Positions 28,001 to 43,700 are shown, numbered from the stretch's first letter. The stretch: DNA of 64,000 nt from Podarcis pityusensis (GCA_964106645.2 OZ067040.1); one strand, 5' to 3'. Made by a program: numbers and translations. The notes: a model not told the origin generated them from the sequence alone.

Positions 28001-31000
28001 AAGGAAACTAATACTGATTCTGTTATTGGTTGTGTGTGATGTTACATAACTTTTTTCTGTTGCTTTTTTGTATGCTTATTCTCTGCCAAATAGTCCTTTT
28101 TCTTTTGAAGTTCCATACAAACAGTCAGAAACCCACTTTTAGGCATATGGAAATCATCACGACTACTAAGATGCTAAATTGTTCTCAACTTGTTTAATCA
28201 GAATGACATTTAAAGACAAATACCAGTTTCTGGTATTTCATTCTAGATGCTGCCCTGGTAACCATGATTACTCCAAAACGAGGAGCATATTGGCTAATTT
28301 AAGGGAGCATTCTATAAAAGAGAGAAAATATTTTCCTTTTTTAGGACATCTTATGACGAGTCTTCAGTCCATTCAGGAGGCAGAAGCCTATTTTTGATGT
28401 GTGATGTCACTAATGTGGCCCCCTGCTGTAACCCCAAGACTGGAATTTGCCCTACACCCAAAGGTTAGTGAGTGTGATTAGGCTAGGAGTTAGTTGCATT
28501 ATAGTTGATAGCCTCATGGGCAGTCAGTATAGTCTATAGGAGCAGACTCTGGATATGTTTTTCTCCCTAGAAACCCTACCAATTTTTTTTTAATCGTTCT
28601 GAAAGGAAGGTGGGGGAACTTCTGAATTTAAATATCAATACATGTGGTCCAAGTTGGAAATTTCATTTTCTAAAGCTGATTTCCAACATGATTTGCATTA
28701 ATGTAGTACCCATTTTTAAAAGACAGCAAAAAGCAAGGATACTTCTGGAGTTCCTCTCACACAAATGCTGAGCACTCTAGGTGTGCAGATACTCAAGGAT
28801 TCATTCTCACAATTCTATGAAAGTAGCACTTTGCAATTTATGGATTAGAGATTGATTTTTCTCAATTTAAAAATACTAGTCTTTAGTTGGAAACAGAGGC
28901 TTACCTAGGGCTCCTTGTGCCCTTGGCAACGAGCTGTCTTGGCGCACACACACCCCCAGAAGAAAAACACTTTACAACAGCCAAATTAAAAATTACTACG
29001 TTTTACACAACCCAAGTACTCAAAGCATCTGGAGTGAGGGTGAGGTAAGGAGGAAGGGCAAAAAAGTCTGCACACCTTTCTACCATGGTGCGAGAAGGAT
29101 GGGGAACTTCTCTTGCATTTGAGCTGGCCACGATCGCAGCAGCAGCGCATCACTGCACACACTGTCTTGATAGGTGAATTTTGTGCCCCCTGGCAGGGGG
29201 CCGGGTTCACCAACCCCTAGGTATGCCTCTGCTTGGAAATAGAGGGTGGAATATATATAACAAGCACATAAATCAATATTTTATAAACGATTGAGTTGTA
29301 TCATTTTTAGGGTTTTCTACATGTCTGCCATAATATCTGTGTGCAGGAGGGAAGCTGCTAGTTGAGTGGGATGTATCTTCATTACTGATTTCCATTGGAG
29401 GTGGATGCTTTAGGAGACGTTTGTGAATTCTTTGAGTCCCAAATCTAATTTTGTTTTGTGCCAGTGTGAACAATGGAAACATTTACATTGTATTAATGAA
29501 TGGTTACTGTGGTGTCAGTTATTTAGCACTAATAATTCTACTTAAAATTTGAATATTGAGCAAAATTTGTAAAACATATCCAGGTAGTTATCTAAAAAAC
29601 ATTGTGGCATAATAGCTAGTGAACTTGCTACCAACATCCCTACAATAATGGCAGGTCCATGAGACTACCTCCCCGCCCCCCCCCCCGCCCCCAGGTTTTC
29701 AATCAGTGACACGCTAAATCATCAGCACTACCTTTTCCCTTCGTTAGTTCCTCTGAGTAGAAGCAGGTTACCTGTTGTGAGTAGGGTAAAAGTTTTGCCC
29801 ATGCTACCACAGTATTCCCTAGGGTCAACACTCAACTGTTCTCCAAAGGAATGAGTAACAAATCAATCATAGAAAAAATGTGAGAGCAGTAAAATCTGAT
29901 TAAGTTAACAGCTTTTATAAGAAATAGATAAAATTATCAATTGGAACTAGATACATGGCAGCTGTTAACAGCTTACATAAAAATAAAATTGAAAATATTG
30001 GTTGTGGAGTGCACATTTTTGTGAAGATATAATCTATAAAATGAGAAAAAACAGTAAGTGTAAATAAGTTGTTTCTATTTAGCTGTTTCAGTGTTAAAAT
30101 TAAGGGATGTATGAACATTGCTATTTAATTGGTAATGTTATAACCAAATCTATTTTGGTATGTTTTCATGTAATTTTTCAAATATAGTTAAAGCTGAAAA
30201 AGTAGCAAATGGAGCATTTTTCATGGGCTCAAGTAGTGCCTTTGTGTATGGGCTCAAGGCATGTACTCAGCAACATTGGGGAAGAGGCGAAATCTCCCGC
30301 TCTCCCAACCTCTAATTCCCATGTTTCAGTGTGAATTTTTGCCTTCTGCAACAAGTCTGCCTGATGATAAAAAAGGGGAGCGGCAACACCAATCAAGAAA
30401 CACTTTTTACACATTACGTCTAATTATGTGCATCATCCACCATCTCAAATAGTGGTGATATTGGATTATAATTTCGTTTATTTTCATATTTGATATAGTA
30501 TGCATATTCTTACATAAGGATGTTTTAATATTCAGTGTTCTTAATATAGTACTAGTTATCTGTTTTAGTTATCCTGAAGCAAGTATTTTTTGAAATATGT
30601 TGGGTCTATTAGATAGCTAAATAAATTCTTTGAACTTTCCTTTCCCTTTTTTCATTTCCTCATTACTGCCCATTTGTGTTAAGAACTGATGAAAATCTCT
30701 TTTTTACAAGTTGTAGTCCTGCAGAGGGAAAACTCAACGATTGACTATATTTTTATATTATACACAGAAGTCTAATAAAGTCTTATGGGCTGTACCTCTG
30801 GCAGTGGCATCAGTGATGGATAGGAACCTACCTCCTTCATGCAGATTTGCACTTGTTTCACACTTAGAATACTGATGTCACAAATGTAAAAAATAAATAC
30901 TTGTTTCCCACTTTGCAAGGAGCTTGGTTCAAGTGGGATAAAATTCTTTACTTTTCACAATCCCAACTGAATCCAGCTCCTCAGTCTGGAGAATGACGAA

Positions 31001-34000
31001 TAGTTTCAAAATGCACCACTTCTTTCACTTCCAAAACTAGGTCCCCAGTTTGGTGGGCATGTATCTTTGATGCTGTGCCTTCCCTGCTTCAAATGGTTCC
31101 AAGCATTTCTATCTCTCTGCCTATTCGTAGAATCTTATAGTTGGAAGAGACCCAAGGGTCTTCTAGTCCAACCCCCTGCAATGCAGGAATCTCAGCTAAA
31201 GCATCCATGACATTTCCATGTGACAAAGAATGTTGGGAAATGCCTATTGGATATATTCCCCAAAAATGGGGTGTAGGTGGAAGAAGGGGCTATATATTGC
31301 AGGGACCCAAAGGGCTACAGTTTGTATCTTCTCAGCTTTCTGTGTCAGCCCTGCTAATGGAGTCTATTTCACTGAGGTCAGGAGTAGCAGACAGGTTTTG
31401 CCTCCACAGACGGATTGCACCCAAGTGATGTGCTTTAAAATTTATATATCCAGCTCATCATCACTGAAGAGGAAAGGAGCACTGTACACTTGTAGAAGTT
31501 GAGTAATTGCAAACCAGGGTCTTAATTTGCAGTTGGTATTATTAAAGCATATGGGTTGAAAAGCTCCCCAGATTCCTGCTTTTCCCCCACCCCGGTTGTC
31601 TTCTAAATTATGCTGTTCTTGCTCATGAATTGAGGAAAGGATCAGTTGTCAGGAAGCTGACAGATAACAAGCAATATTTTCATGGTGGGAAGTGTGAAGT
31701 GGTGGGATTTGATTACAGGTAGTAGCAGTGTTGGTCTGCCGTAGTCGAAACAAAATAAATAAAATAAATAAAATTTTAAAAATTCCTTCCAGTAGCACCT
31801 TAAGAGACCAACTAAGTTAGTTATTGGTATGAGCTTTCGTGTGCATACACACTTCTTCAGATTTTTGATGGCTTGGCTTGGCATCTCTTCTACCCAAAGC
31901 TCCAGGAAATGTATTCTTAAGGGTGCTTTCTGTTATCAAAGAATCATTTAGAACAAGTTCACAAAGGCAGAACAGGAAAATACTTTAAATTTTCCCCTTA
32001 AACTTTATGGCGTAAAAGGACCGTTTACAGAGCTGTGCAAGCCCCAACGGTCAAAGTGCTGTGCACCAGGGCTTTGAGATGCAAATGATCAGTAGTGCCT
32101 ACAAAACCCCCTTTGGCTCAGTCATGTTTCTCTTGTCCTACACCTGACATGATATAGGCCAGTGGGTGTGGCTTGGGCTTTAGGCCAAATGGGGAGGCCT
32201 GGCAGACCTAATTAGAGGCTGGAGGTTCCTTGTCCCTGCAATCAAGGCTTATCTATCTGCAATACACAACATTTCCTAGCCTGATGATTCCTGTCATGAT
32301 ACACTGTCACATCACTTGTGTGCAATTAGACCCCTTCCAGAATGAAGAGGGAAATCTGCTTTACAGTTCTACAGCAGAAAATTTCACCTTTCCTCATGCA
32401 GTTGCCTTTGTTCATTTTTGTTGTTCCTTTGAGACCAACATTTAGTACAGAGATAATAAATGTTTCCATCACTTTCCTGTGTTATTGTTGAGTCACTTCT
32501 GTTTCTCTTTCTTGACCCTGACTTTTGCTGTGATACATAAAAACATGGTCATGTGGACTTTCTGAGGCTATGAATGCACAGTTTATGAAGTCTTGTATCA
32601 AAGTTTTCTGATATTGCAGCAGTGATAGAATAATTTGGGAATCTGTACAGTGGTACCTTGGGTTAAGAACTTAATTCGTTCTAGAGGTCCGTTCTTAACC
32701 TGAAACTGTTCTTAACCTGAGGTACCATTTTAGCTAATGGGGCCTGCAGCGCAATTTCTGTTCTCATCCTGAAGCAAAGTTCTTAACCCAAGGTACTATT
32801 TCTGGGTTAGCAGAGTCTGTAACCTGAAGCATTTGTAACCTGAAGCTTCTGTAACCCGAGGTACCACTGTATTGATAGAAGAAGTAAAAAAAATACAGAG
32901 AGGATACATTTGCTTCATTTTATACCATAGCTAGAAGTAGCTATATAATGTGGGGAAATAAAAATGACATCAAAGAAACCTAGAAAGGCATCTGGTTTCA
33001 CAAGCTACGCTACAGGCATTTTAGGAAATGAGCAATTCCTTAACTTGAAAGAATTTTTTTTCCAAAAAATAAAAGTAGTACATTGTGGTTTGCTTTGTTC
33101 CATAATAGTTTAATGCAGGATTATTGCTGTATACTTGGCTGGAATATTCAAGTCACAGGGCTCATTGTTAATCTGATTTTCACCTTGTGTTTTGATCTGA
33201 TGGACTAATTTCAATTTACATTTTAATGCCTTTTCAAATGTGCTGTATGTAAAATATCACTGGCCTTAAGTTTTTATAGTTCAAAAATTTCAAGTCTACG
33301 TGTAATTAATCCAATAGTCAATATAACATATAGCACTTTTTACAAAGTATGTTCTGGGAATTCTGGAATTTCTTGACCAGTTTAGCAGTGAGAAGATCTA
33401 ACCTAGTGGAAAACTGAAAACCAAAGGTATAGTCTCTGAAGCTTTATCATTATATAGCATGGGTGACTAGTCTGTGGCCCTCCAAATGTTGTTGGATTAC
33501 AACTCCCATAATCCCTAATCATTGACAATTGGTTATTCTGTGTGGTGCTGATGGGAGTTGAAATTGGATGGCATCTGACTTGGCCACAGATTATTACTCT
33601 AGTGCAGGGGTGGCTATATTTCTAAATAAGTTTAAATTTTAGAGCTGCTTTTCTAGTAACAGTACTAGATTGTTATTTAGCATTGCTATGAATTGTCAAG
33701 GTGCTCCCAAATTACAGAAATTTCAATAGTATTAGCTGTTACATTGCAATTATTTTGAAGAATTACTCTGAAGTATTTTGCTGTGTTAGCTGATGATTGC
33801 TCCATACAACAAAACACAAAACTCTTATTACTTCCACTAGTCCTTCAATCCTTTCAATCCTAAAAAAAGCTCAACAACTCTGGGCCTCTTTGAAAAAAGT
33901 TTGGACACCACTGCAGGATGTTAGTCCTGCACTTCATGTGTATGACTTCAGCAATCTAATGTTCTAGTCAAAGTAGAAAATAACAAGATATATATTTTAT

Positions 34001-37000
34001 ACATGTGTTTTAATGCAGCAGTCTTAGTAAGTCTAAAAACTGGATTCATTTTTTGCTTATAGCAAAGCCTTTATGGAGTGCAGATCCTGTTTATTACATG
34101 TCATATCTGATTCTCATTTTATTATAAATCACGTTTGTCATTGCCTTGTAAAATCAAATGTCACCTTTTCAGATGTGCATAGTTGGTGAGATGTTGATGA
34201 ATGCTGATTTACACCAGGAGAATTCTCGGTTCTTGACTAATAGTACATATTTAATATAGCATGATGTGAAAGTTTTATGATTTTCATCAGATAGGTTGAC
34301 CGATTATCACATGGTGCAATTCCAGTTGACCAGTCAGACTTCCAAAATCAATTGTATAGGAAACATTTTGTAGGTTAGCTCACTTCCTCATGCATTGATT
34401 ATGGCAATTGAATCTTGATACAAAAAAGAGTACATTGCTGTAGGGAAGCATAGCATTGAAACAAAGTCATTATGAAAATTGTGTCTTTCACCAATACTTC
34501 AGACAATTGTACCCTTGTCAAAAGATACAGGTGTTCTCTTCAGTTTAACAGACTATAGCAATTCCAAAAGCAATTGGAAATATATATCTATATATTTTTC
34601 TCATTTGCACCACTGTACTATACCATTGTATTAGGTTTTCAATAGCAGTTTTAAACCAAACAAAGTGAGTTTAAATAGTTTAACTACTTTCGCAACACAC
34701 ATAAAATGATTTGTTAAAGAAAACTATCTTCAGAATCAGTGTTACAGTTTTGCATTAAAATAGTATTTTATCACATTATTTAATCACATGAACCATGGTG
34801 GAGCATTTAAGCAATATTTGAATGAAATTGTTAAGATTTCTGCTTATTGCTTTGAATAAGTTCTGATTTCCCCTCCTTTGATCAGGCAATCCATTCTGTA
34901 GCTTGGCACCACGAAGGAAAGCAATTTATCTGTAGCCATTCGGACGGCACCTTGACTATATGGAATGTAAGGAATCCTACCAAGCCATTTCAGACAATCA
35001 CTCCACATGGTAAGTTCAAAATGGAAGTGTGTTCTAGTCAACAGTGTGTATACATTATGCTTTAGAGTGATTTGCAGGCTAAGTCATCTAAACTGCTTAC
35101 TTCATGCCATTCTATTCTTGAGGACTATGTGCTGAAAGAAGGTATTAAACTGTACCATATATTTGCAACTCTGCTGCTGCTTATATCACCTGCCTTGTCT
35201 CCTGTAGTCAGGATTTGGCTTTGAAAGTCCATTGCTTTGGAGGCTAAGTGTGGAGTTGTTTATTAATCTAGGCAGTAATGCAAAAGAAAACTAGTTCAGG
35301 TGCACATCTTGTGGCCCAAGGTAGAATAGGACCAGGCAGCTTTTTCTGGTTACGTATTTTATTAGGGTTGTGAACTAGCTCAGTAAGGGGCAACAACCTG
35401 GTCTCCTCTGGTGGTTTCAACAAAAGCTTGATGTGCAGAAGGCAGCAGGTGAAGCTTTTCATGCCATGGAGCTAAACACTGATGCCTGCAGAGCTGCTTC
35501 AAAAGTTAGCTTTCCAGGTTAATATGGGCATGCCACCTACTAACCTAATGTGTGAGTGGGTGGAAGGAGTCAGCACATATCAAACTAGCACAACACTATT
35601 GTAATCCAAGATTACTTTCACCCTAAGTGCAGGCACAGTAGTACATTTATCATAAGATTGCCAGGGAAAATCCAAGGCTACACTGTTGTACACCTTTGTG
35701 TACACCTTTCACAACTTTAGGAATTTTGATGTGTCGTATGATCATAATCTTACTATTGTATGTCCAAAAAGATGTCTGCAGCGGCACCTTATCAGACTTA
35801 TGCATTGATGTAAAAATGTCTAGGTTTTACCTGCTTTGCAGTGCTTTGCAGTTTTGTATAGCTTTCTTATAAATTAGCAGAACATGTAATTAGCCTATTA
35901 GCCCTGAAAAGGTTCTCACTATTTATGCAAATTAGTAACTGTAAAAGGTTCTAATCAGTTTATACAGTGTTTATATAGTGGAGATGATTTTTTGTGAAAC
36001 TGGCAATTTGCTGGTCAAACCTGCTTTCTTTTAAAATATATCACGACCAAATGTTGAAATAAAGTAGTTTTTCTGACAGCAATACAATGAAGGGGGGGGG
36101 GATTCTTTATTCTTCATAATTCTCCAACTCAGTCCTGTGCATGTTTATGTGGGAGTAAATCCCATTGACTTCAGTGGATTGAGACTTTCTTCCAGGTAAG
36201 AGAGCACATGGGGTGTTGGTTATTACAGCCAAATATCTACTGTTTATAAGAAAAGCAATTGAGTTATTTGCATTAAATCTGCAAGGATAGTATGATGCAT
36301 ACTTGGTAGTGTTTATATAACCTTTTAAATATATGGGACTATTCTTAAGATTTTGGTGCGATTTCTGAGATTTATCAAATTATTTTTAAATGTAAATAAG
36401 AAAATATTTTGTTTTAGGAAAGCAGGTAAAAGATGGAAAGAAGCCAGAGCCTTGTAAACCTATTCTTAAAGTGGAATACAAAACTACCAGAGCTGGGTAA
36501 GAATTAGGAAACAGTTACTTAACTTTGTTTTGGATATTTGTAGAGAAAAAATAAGGACTTTGCAAGGCAAAATAATCTAAACAGCTATTGAAGTACTTCC
36601 ATGATTTTAAAATGTGACAAACCCACCATCACTTTGTTTATTCATGAAACCTTCAGTTCTATTCAGCGTTGTTGTTGCTGTTGTTGCTGTTGTTGTTGTT
36701 ACTGCATAAAAATAGACTGGAAGCAAGGATGGTTGTGAAAGTAAATGGTTCCTCAAACTCCCATGCACTTTGTCTTCATACAACCTTCATGCAAAAAATA
36801 TTTATTTGTTAAAATTAATTGAATGAGAAATCTCTTAAATTCTTGCAACAATTTAAATTACAGACTTGTAATACGTAGGTGTGGAATATGAATTAAAATC
36901 ATTTGCTGTAGTAGTAAAGTGGATGTTACTTTAGGCAGGAAAAATACAAGGGGAACAATAGTTCCAGATACACAGAAAAACCTCAAGGGAAATTTTAACA

Positions 37001-40000
37001 CTGAGCTGGAGGTAAAGGTAAAGGGACCCCTGACCATTAGGTCCAGTCGTGGCCAACTCTGGGGTTGCGGCGCTCATCTCGCTTTATTGGCTGAGGGAGC
37101 CGGTGTACAGCTTCCAGGTCATGTGGCCAGCATGACTAAGCCACTTCTGGCAAACCAGAGCAGCGCACGGAAACGCTGTTTACCTTCCCGCTGGAGCGGT
37201 ACCTATTTATCTGCTTGCACTTTGACGTGCTTTCGAACTGCTAGGCTGGCAGGAGCAGGGACCGAGCAACGGGAGCTCACCCCATTGCGGGGATTCGAAC
37301 CGCCGACCTTCTGATCGGCAAGTCCTAGGCTCTGTGGTTTAACCCACAGCGCCACCTGCGTCCCTGAGCTGGGGGTAGTGGAAAGTAAAACAGAGGGAGC
37401 AAAATTAACATAAAACACCTTACATTTTACAGTAATTTGGAAGTGGGAGAGGCTAAATGATTAACCAGAATTTCTTCCCAGTTAGGATTTGATGAGTTTT
37501 TGAGGGCTCTTTGACCCCTGTCATGGGTTGAATCACAGAGGAAGTGGTTTTTATTTAATCCTAACTTATTTCACACATGTGCAGGCTCTGCATTGCCCTT
37601 CAAGTTTAAAGAATCCTAGAATAAGGAAAGGGAATGGAATTAGGGTGTGGCATGTATTTTAACCTGTCAGACTTCCATACATCATGTGCAGGGGAAATAA
37701 ATTATTCCCACACTGCTGTTCAGATTCAGGATTATGTTCAGATTTATCACAAATATATCACTTTGTGAGTCTCCATTTGTATGTAGTATATATCTAAAAG
37801 AGAAAATAGTCTTTATTGCAAGAGGTCCACAAGATCTCGCTGGAGCCTGCTGCAGCAGCCACTTGTTCCTTCTCTGGTGATGGCGGATGGGCTGTCCTCC
37901 CTGCCATGGCAGAAGTGAGGAGAGGCAGTTGCAACAGCTTCCAGGGAGATCTAGTCAGAACCTGTAAGCTGTCACTGCTTCTTCTCTCTCCTCTGGTGGC
38001 AAGGGGCTACAGCACCCATGGCAGCGCCAGAGACACGAGAAGTGGCGGCTTCCTGTGAGATCTGACAAAAGGTTTGCGAGATCTTGCCAGAAGCTGCTGT
38101 TGCTTTTCCTACAGAGGCAGGTGGTGCACTCATGGAGACACTGACCCTTGGATTCTGCTGCCTGAGGCAGCTGTCTCAGTCCACATGATGGATGGGCTGG
38201 TCCTGCCTAAAAGTGAATTTTGAGTTTCACACTTGTGTGACACATCTAAGGAAGGAAAAACAAGTTTTCGTAAGATTAGTTGCATTTATTGGCAGCATTT
38301 TGCATATGCATCTTTCTGAATAAGTGGGGAGGTGTACTGAATTCTCGACAGTAGTTTATCCAACTGCTTAAAATATGGTTTAAAAGACAAACAAGTGCCT
38401 CTATTTACACAGAACAACACAATGGGAATGGATTTTTTCAGCTAGTTGTTCAGTCTGTTGGGCAAACTTGTGTTCTTGTACAACTCTTAAGCCAAGCACA
38501 CCTAACACAAAAGGTTAGTGGTATATTGTGCCACATATACAGTGTAGAGTGCTATTGGTTGCTCTCTTGATCTCTGATGATAAGTCTCCTAATGCTGTCT
38601 CTTATAATCTTAACTGTTTGTTTGTTTTTTCATTCTTTCTTTGCAGAGAACCTTTCATCATCTTGTCAGGTGGCTTGTCATATGACACTGTAGGAAGAAG
38701 ACCCTGTTTAACAGTTATGCACGGGAAGAGCACTGCTGTTTTAGAAATGGATTATTCAATAGTTGATTTTCTAACCCTCTGTGAAACTCCATACCCTAAT
38801 GGTAGGTCCTGGGGGGGGAAAAAATTCTTCCCACTTGTTTGACTGCTTAACAGCAGTTTTTTGCTGCAACAATTCCAGAATTTTATTTACTGTTTATATG
38901 ATTTCATGGCAGGGTGGGGCCTTCTTCCAAAAGGTTCCTAAAAAATGTTGAAAGTTCGTAGATAGTTTTTGAGTAATCTGAGGAAAACTTACACGTCTCT
39001 AGTACCATCCTATCTGGACAGCAAGATAGCATTTATGAGAAAGAGTAGACCTCATATTCTGGAATGTCTTCCATGGGCTGGTGGCAGTGCTGTCTAATGC
39101 ATAACCTAATTTTTTGTGTATGATCATTTTTCTTTTGACTAAAGATGCTCTCAGGCGGTATGTGAGCTCCCTCTAGTGCTTACAGGCAGGATTGCAGCTA
39201 AATTAAAATTGTGCCAACCCCCACCAGTTTAAACACCTCCCTTCATACAGAGAAGTCTCTCTGTCTCCTTTGGCTCAGGCTCCCTTTTTTGACTGTTCTT
39301 GTCGACTGGTCTTGGTTGTTTGTGGTTGTTCCTTGTGTTATTAAAGGGAGAGAATAAATGTAGCATCTTCCATGTGTGTGTGGAATTGTTTGTGTCTTTG
39401 CCTCAGGGTTGTTTTTTATGGTAGTTTAATGTTTGTGTCCTGGAGGGGGGTGAGTTGATTGGTTGTGAGTTTGCTGTTTTGTTCACTTGCCTAGCCTTGT
39501 TTTTCCTCTATTGTCAGCTCTTACCACTCCCCACTCTGTTTCATACTGTACTCTGCCCCCCGACCCCCAATTTCCCACACAACTTCACCTATTTAAAATA
39601 AACGCTTTTCCACTGACTATTATTTGCACTGATTTTGAGCTTTTTGCCCCTTTTGGGTTATTGGAGTGTATTTCCCTCAGCCAGGTTCTTTGGTTATTGT
39701 TGTTGTGCGCATAGTTCTTTAGGCTGAACATGTTTGCCTTTGTTGAGGCACTCTTTTGACAGTGTGTGTTCCAGCCTGCGCTTCCAGGGTTACCCACCCT
39801 ATCTATTGCCATCTTAGGCATGTCCCACCTGACAGGAAAAAGAACTGTTGACTGTAAAATATATTTTTCATTACTCTGGGCTACCTAGTTTTTTCTTGAT
39901 TTGGTCTAACTGCCTCTACTTCTACACTGCTTCATACATCCAGGGAAGCCTGAGCAGTGTATGTTCTTGTTGGTGTTACTTGTTGCTATTTTTATTCTTG

Positions 40001-40758
40001 TGTTGATTGCGGGTGGTGGCAGCTTGGACAGTTGTGTAAAAACCCTGTAAGAGCTCGAAGGAGCTTAGATCCCAGCTGAGAGCATATTTTCACTCAAGCA
40101 CACTTTTTATATAGGTAAGCCCAGTGGCTCTCTTTAGTGTGACATGGGGGCTTTTGAGGTGCCTAGAACCTTCTCAAGTAACCCCCCAGTTTTTCCACTG
40201 TTCTATCTGTTCATGTATTGCCCCCCCCCCCCCCGCAGCAACTTCTTCTTCTTCTTAACAAACTGGTTCTCAGCCAGTCACAGATCATATTGTGAATATG
40301 AGGATGCCACAATACCAAACAGCCAATCATATTTGTTGTTGTAGCTACATCGCATACGTTTCTCAGAATTGGCAACAGCAATGCTTCCTGGGTTTCAATG
40401 CTGCCAATGGCTCTGGATGGCAGGCTTATTGTTTACTGGAGAAGAAATCATCCACCAAATAAGATGAATGAGACTTTGCAGGTCTCATCCCCAAAGTCAT
40501 CAGCAGTGGAGGTCCCTCTTTGCTTGCATACTCCGTGGGTCTCTGGAGTGGGGAGCTCCTTCTATCTGCCACTCTCTTCAATGTTGTTCTGCAGGCAGAT
40601 GAAGACACTCTTGTCCTATTGTATTTTTTCAAAGTTGATTCCTGCTGAAGTCCTTAGATATTTTATGGCCATTTAGTCATTTTTTAATTGCTCAGTGGTA
40701 TTGTACACTACGTTGGGACTACTGTTTAGGAAACAGTTACAAAGATTTGGTGAAAAGT

Positions 40759-40798
<40 letters not shown>

Positions 40799-43700
40799 GT
40801 TTATGGCATTAATCTGTTTCCCTCCCATGTTGCATTACGCATCAAAATATTAAATCAGCAGTGAATCAATGTTTGCTTTTATTAAATTATTAATTAGGCT
40901 TCCTCTTTGGTTGCATTGTTGTCTCTGTCTTAGATTTCCAAGAGCCATATGCTGTGGTCGTTCTTCTAGAAAAAGATTTAGTACTTATTGATCTTGCACA
41001 AAATGGGTAAGAATACAGAATATAATGAGGTTATATAAAAGTGTGTTTCTCGTAGCAGTCATGGATGGAGTTTACCAATCAAGGTTGTTCCATTTAACAA
41101 AACACTAAGTTTTCTATTGTGATTTGCTTGTAAATAGCCCCTGAGTGTGTGTGTATTCCTAATGGTGAATGAAGAAATGAAGATAACTCACAGTGAATTC
41201 TTCTTTACAGTAATTCAGTGTCCACATTTGTCTGTCATGCTAAACTATAACATGATCTCCTCCTGCTGTGTGACCAGGACAATTCCAGCAGATTTTACCT
41301 CACCACAGTTTGATAAACACACTTCCGGGTCCAGATGTTATAGCAAGCTGCACTTAAAGGCAGAAGCTTCTAAACACATAATCCTGGCCATGCAGGAAGA
41401 GGATTGGGAAGTACCCAAGACCGAGGCTCACTGCAGTTTGTACATCTTCATTTTTGTAATTCTATAAACCAGCGTTCAGCAAGATGTGTGAACTTGGCCA
41501 GTATGGCACAATGTGTGATGATTCAAACACTTAATATACCTGATGGGGGAACATAGCTATGGCTATGCATTGTGTTATAGCTGCTAATTTTCATCTTAAA
41601 GATAATTTTTAGTTATACATAAAATTAGGTTAGATCTTTTAATGACAGCAGGAGTTCATATTCGGGTTGGGATATTACAAGATAATTTCTGAAAATTATT
41701 GATTTTTGAGATTAGCAGTTCACCAGCATTCTGTTGAAGTGCTAATTTTCTGTAGAGTATATTTCACAAGAAGTTTACAATTAAATCTTTACTAATGTGT
41801 TTTGAGTATACTAGTATTCCAAAGTGATTTATATTTATTCACATAGATTATAAATATTTGAGCTCCTTTCCCCCTTTGCTGCTTTACTTTGTACTCGCTT
41901 GTATTCATTTACTATTTTTTTCTTTTTTTGCACTGACATTTTTATCATTGTTTAATACCACCTTGGGAGAAAGTGTTGCATCCTACAAATTTTATTTATC
42001 AGCTAACTAACTGCTTTCATGTTTTCATCCCTTCATTAAAGGTATCCTATATTTGAGAATCCCTATCCCTTGAGTATACATGAATCTCCAGTTACCTGTT
42101 GTGAATATTTTGCCGATTGTCCTGTGGACCTTATTCCAGCACTTTATTCAGTTGGGGCTCGCCAGAAACGTCAAGGTTATAGTAAAAAGGTACCAAAGGG
42201 AGTTAATATCTTTATTACTAAGCAACAGTATTCCATGTGTTTGGATTTAATCAGCTTGTTTGTTTTAAATAGGAATGGCCTATCAATGGTGGAAACTGGG
42301 GTTTGGTCACACAGAGTTATCCAGAGATCATTATTACTGGGTAAGTAATAAGACTACATTAGTTTGGCCAAGGCTGCCAAAGTAAATGTGGGGATATGCA
42401 TATTTTATGCATCATTATTCATAAACTGGTATATTGTAACCTACACATATTTTAGGGTAATTTAGATAATAGTTGTCTGCCATGCTTAAAGTAACATTAT
42501 GAACTAATTTGAGGTGCATGAAAGGCGTTGCTTTGCCTTGCCCCTTTTTGGGGGAGGAGAGAAATGTATTGGGAGAAAAGAAAAGGACTTACAGCCCCAA
42601 AAAACACCTGCTGTGTGACATTTCACTGGCATTTACCATCAGCTTTTATTAGAAATATAAATGTAGAGTTAGGGCTAGTGTTGAAAATTATAACAGCGGA
42701 AAAGATTACTGTATGATCCTTGATCTGAGGCTAAAATTGCATTGTGGAGGACAGGTATTTATGGTGCAGAGGGATATTATTTTTCTGATTTCTATCATCC
42801 TAAATGTATAACAGAAGAGTTAAAATGAGCAAGCTAGTAAAGGTTTCTGCTTACTTGAGAGCAATATCTGCAACAGTGGGGATACTTCTCCAGTGCCTCT
42901 CAGCCTCCACCTTTCTTTGCAATAGCTTACACATTTGTAGCCATGTGTGTATCAAGCATTTAAAACATTTAAGTAAGGTCAGCTGGTAGTTTGAGTTATT
43001 TTAAATGTTGTATAATTTATCTAACGAAGTTTTCTTGGACGTATGAGGTGCTAGCCAATTTGAGCAGAAAAAAATTGAAAAATCAGCATTTATATCTGCT
43101 TGGCAGGGGGTTGGACTCGATGGCCCTTGTGGTCTCTTCCAACTCTATGATTCTATGATATCTGTGAATTTAAAAATATCTGTTGCTTGCTGTTATCTGT
43201 TGCATGTGAAACATTTCAGACACTCAGTGGGTTCTGTGGGTGGTTACTGTGAATAATACGTTGGCAATAATGCTGGCTTTTAAGTAGTGTTAGTGTTGAT
43301 ACTACTACTTCTTTTTGTTTTTCTTTTCAACATATCAGAAAAACAAAAATTATCTTTGATTATTTGTTACTTGTTTGATTATGGGAATGGTTTTCAACAT
43401 TTACTGTACTCTCTCTGTCTAGATCCATAGACAGAGAATATTTTTTTAAACAATTAATTATATAAAATATGGGTAGCCAATGTTGTTGAGTGACAGCTTG
43501 CATGTTAGCTGGGGCTGATGGGAGTTGTAGTTCAACAACATCTGGAGGGCAACACTTGCGCTATCATGTTCTAAAGCAACATCTAAAACACAAGTGAATT
43601 TCAGAATTTTTAAACCATGCACATCAATATTAAAAGATGAATGAAACTAAACTGTTTTATAAACCAAATCCTATCATACTTCTCTTAGTGAGGTAGTGAG

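Noticed and set aside
32648-32869. Regularly repeated TAACCTGAAG units resembling a spaced array
   Set aside because: Internal subrepeats of a TA-flanked MITE in a vertebrate genome; not CRISPR.
36919-37314. Recurring ORFs with MTKPLLANQSS...TCFRTARLAGAG (also at 22006, 43814, 57604)
   Set aside because: Translations of non-coding Sauria SINE copies, not a protein family.
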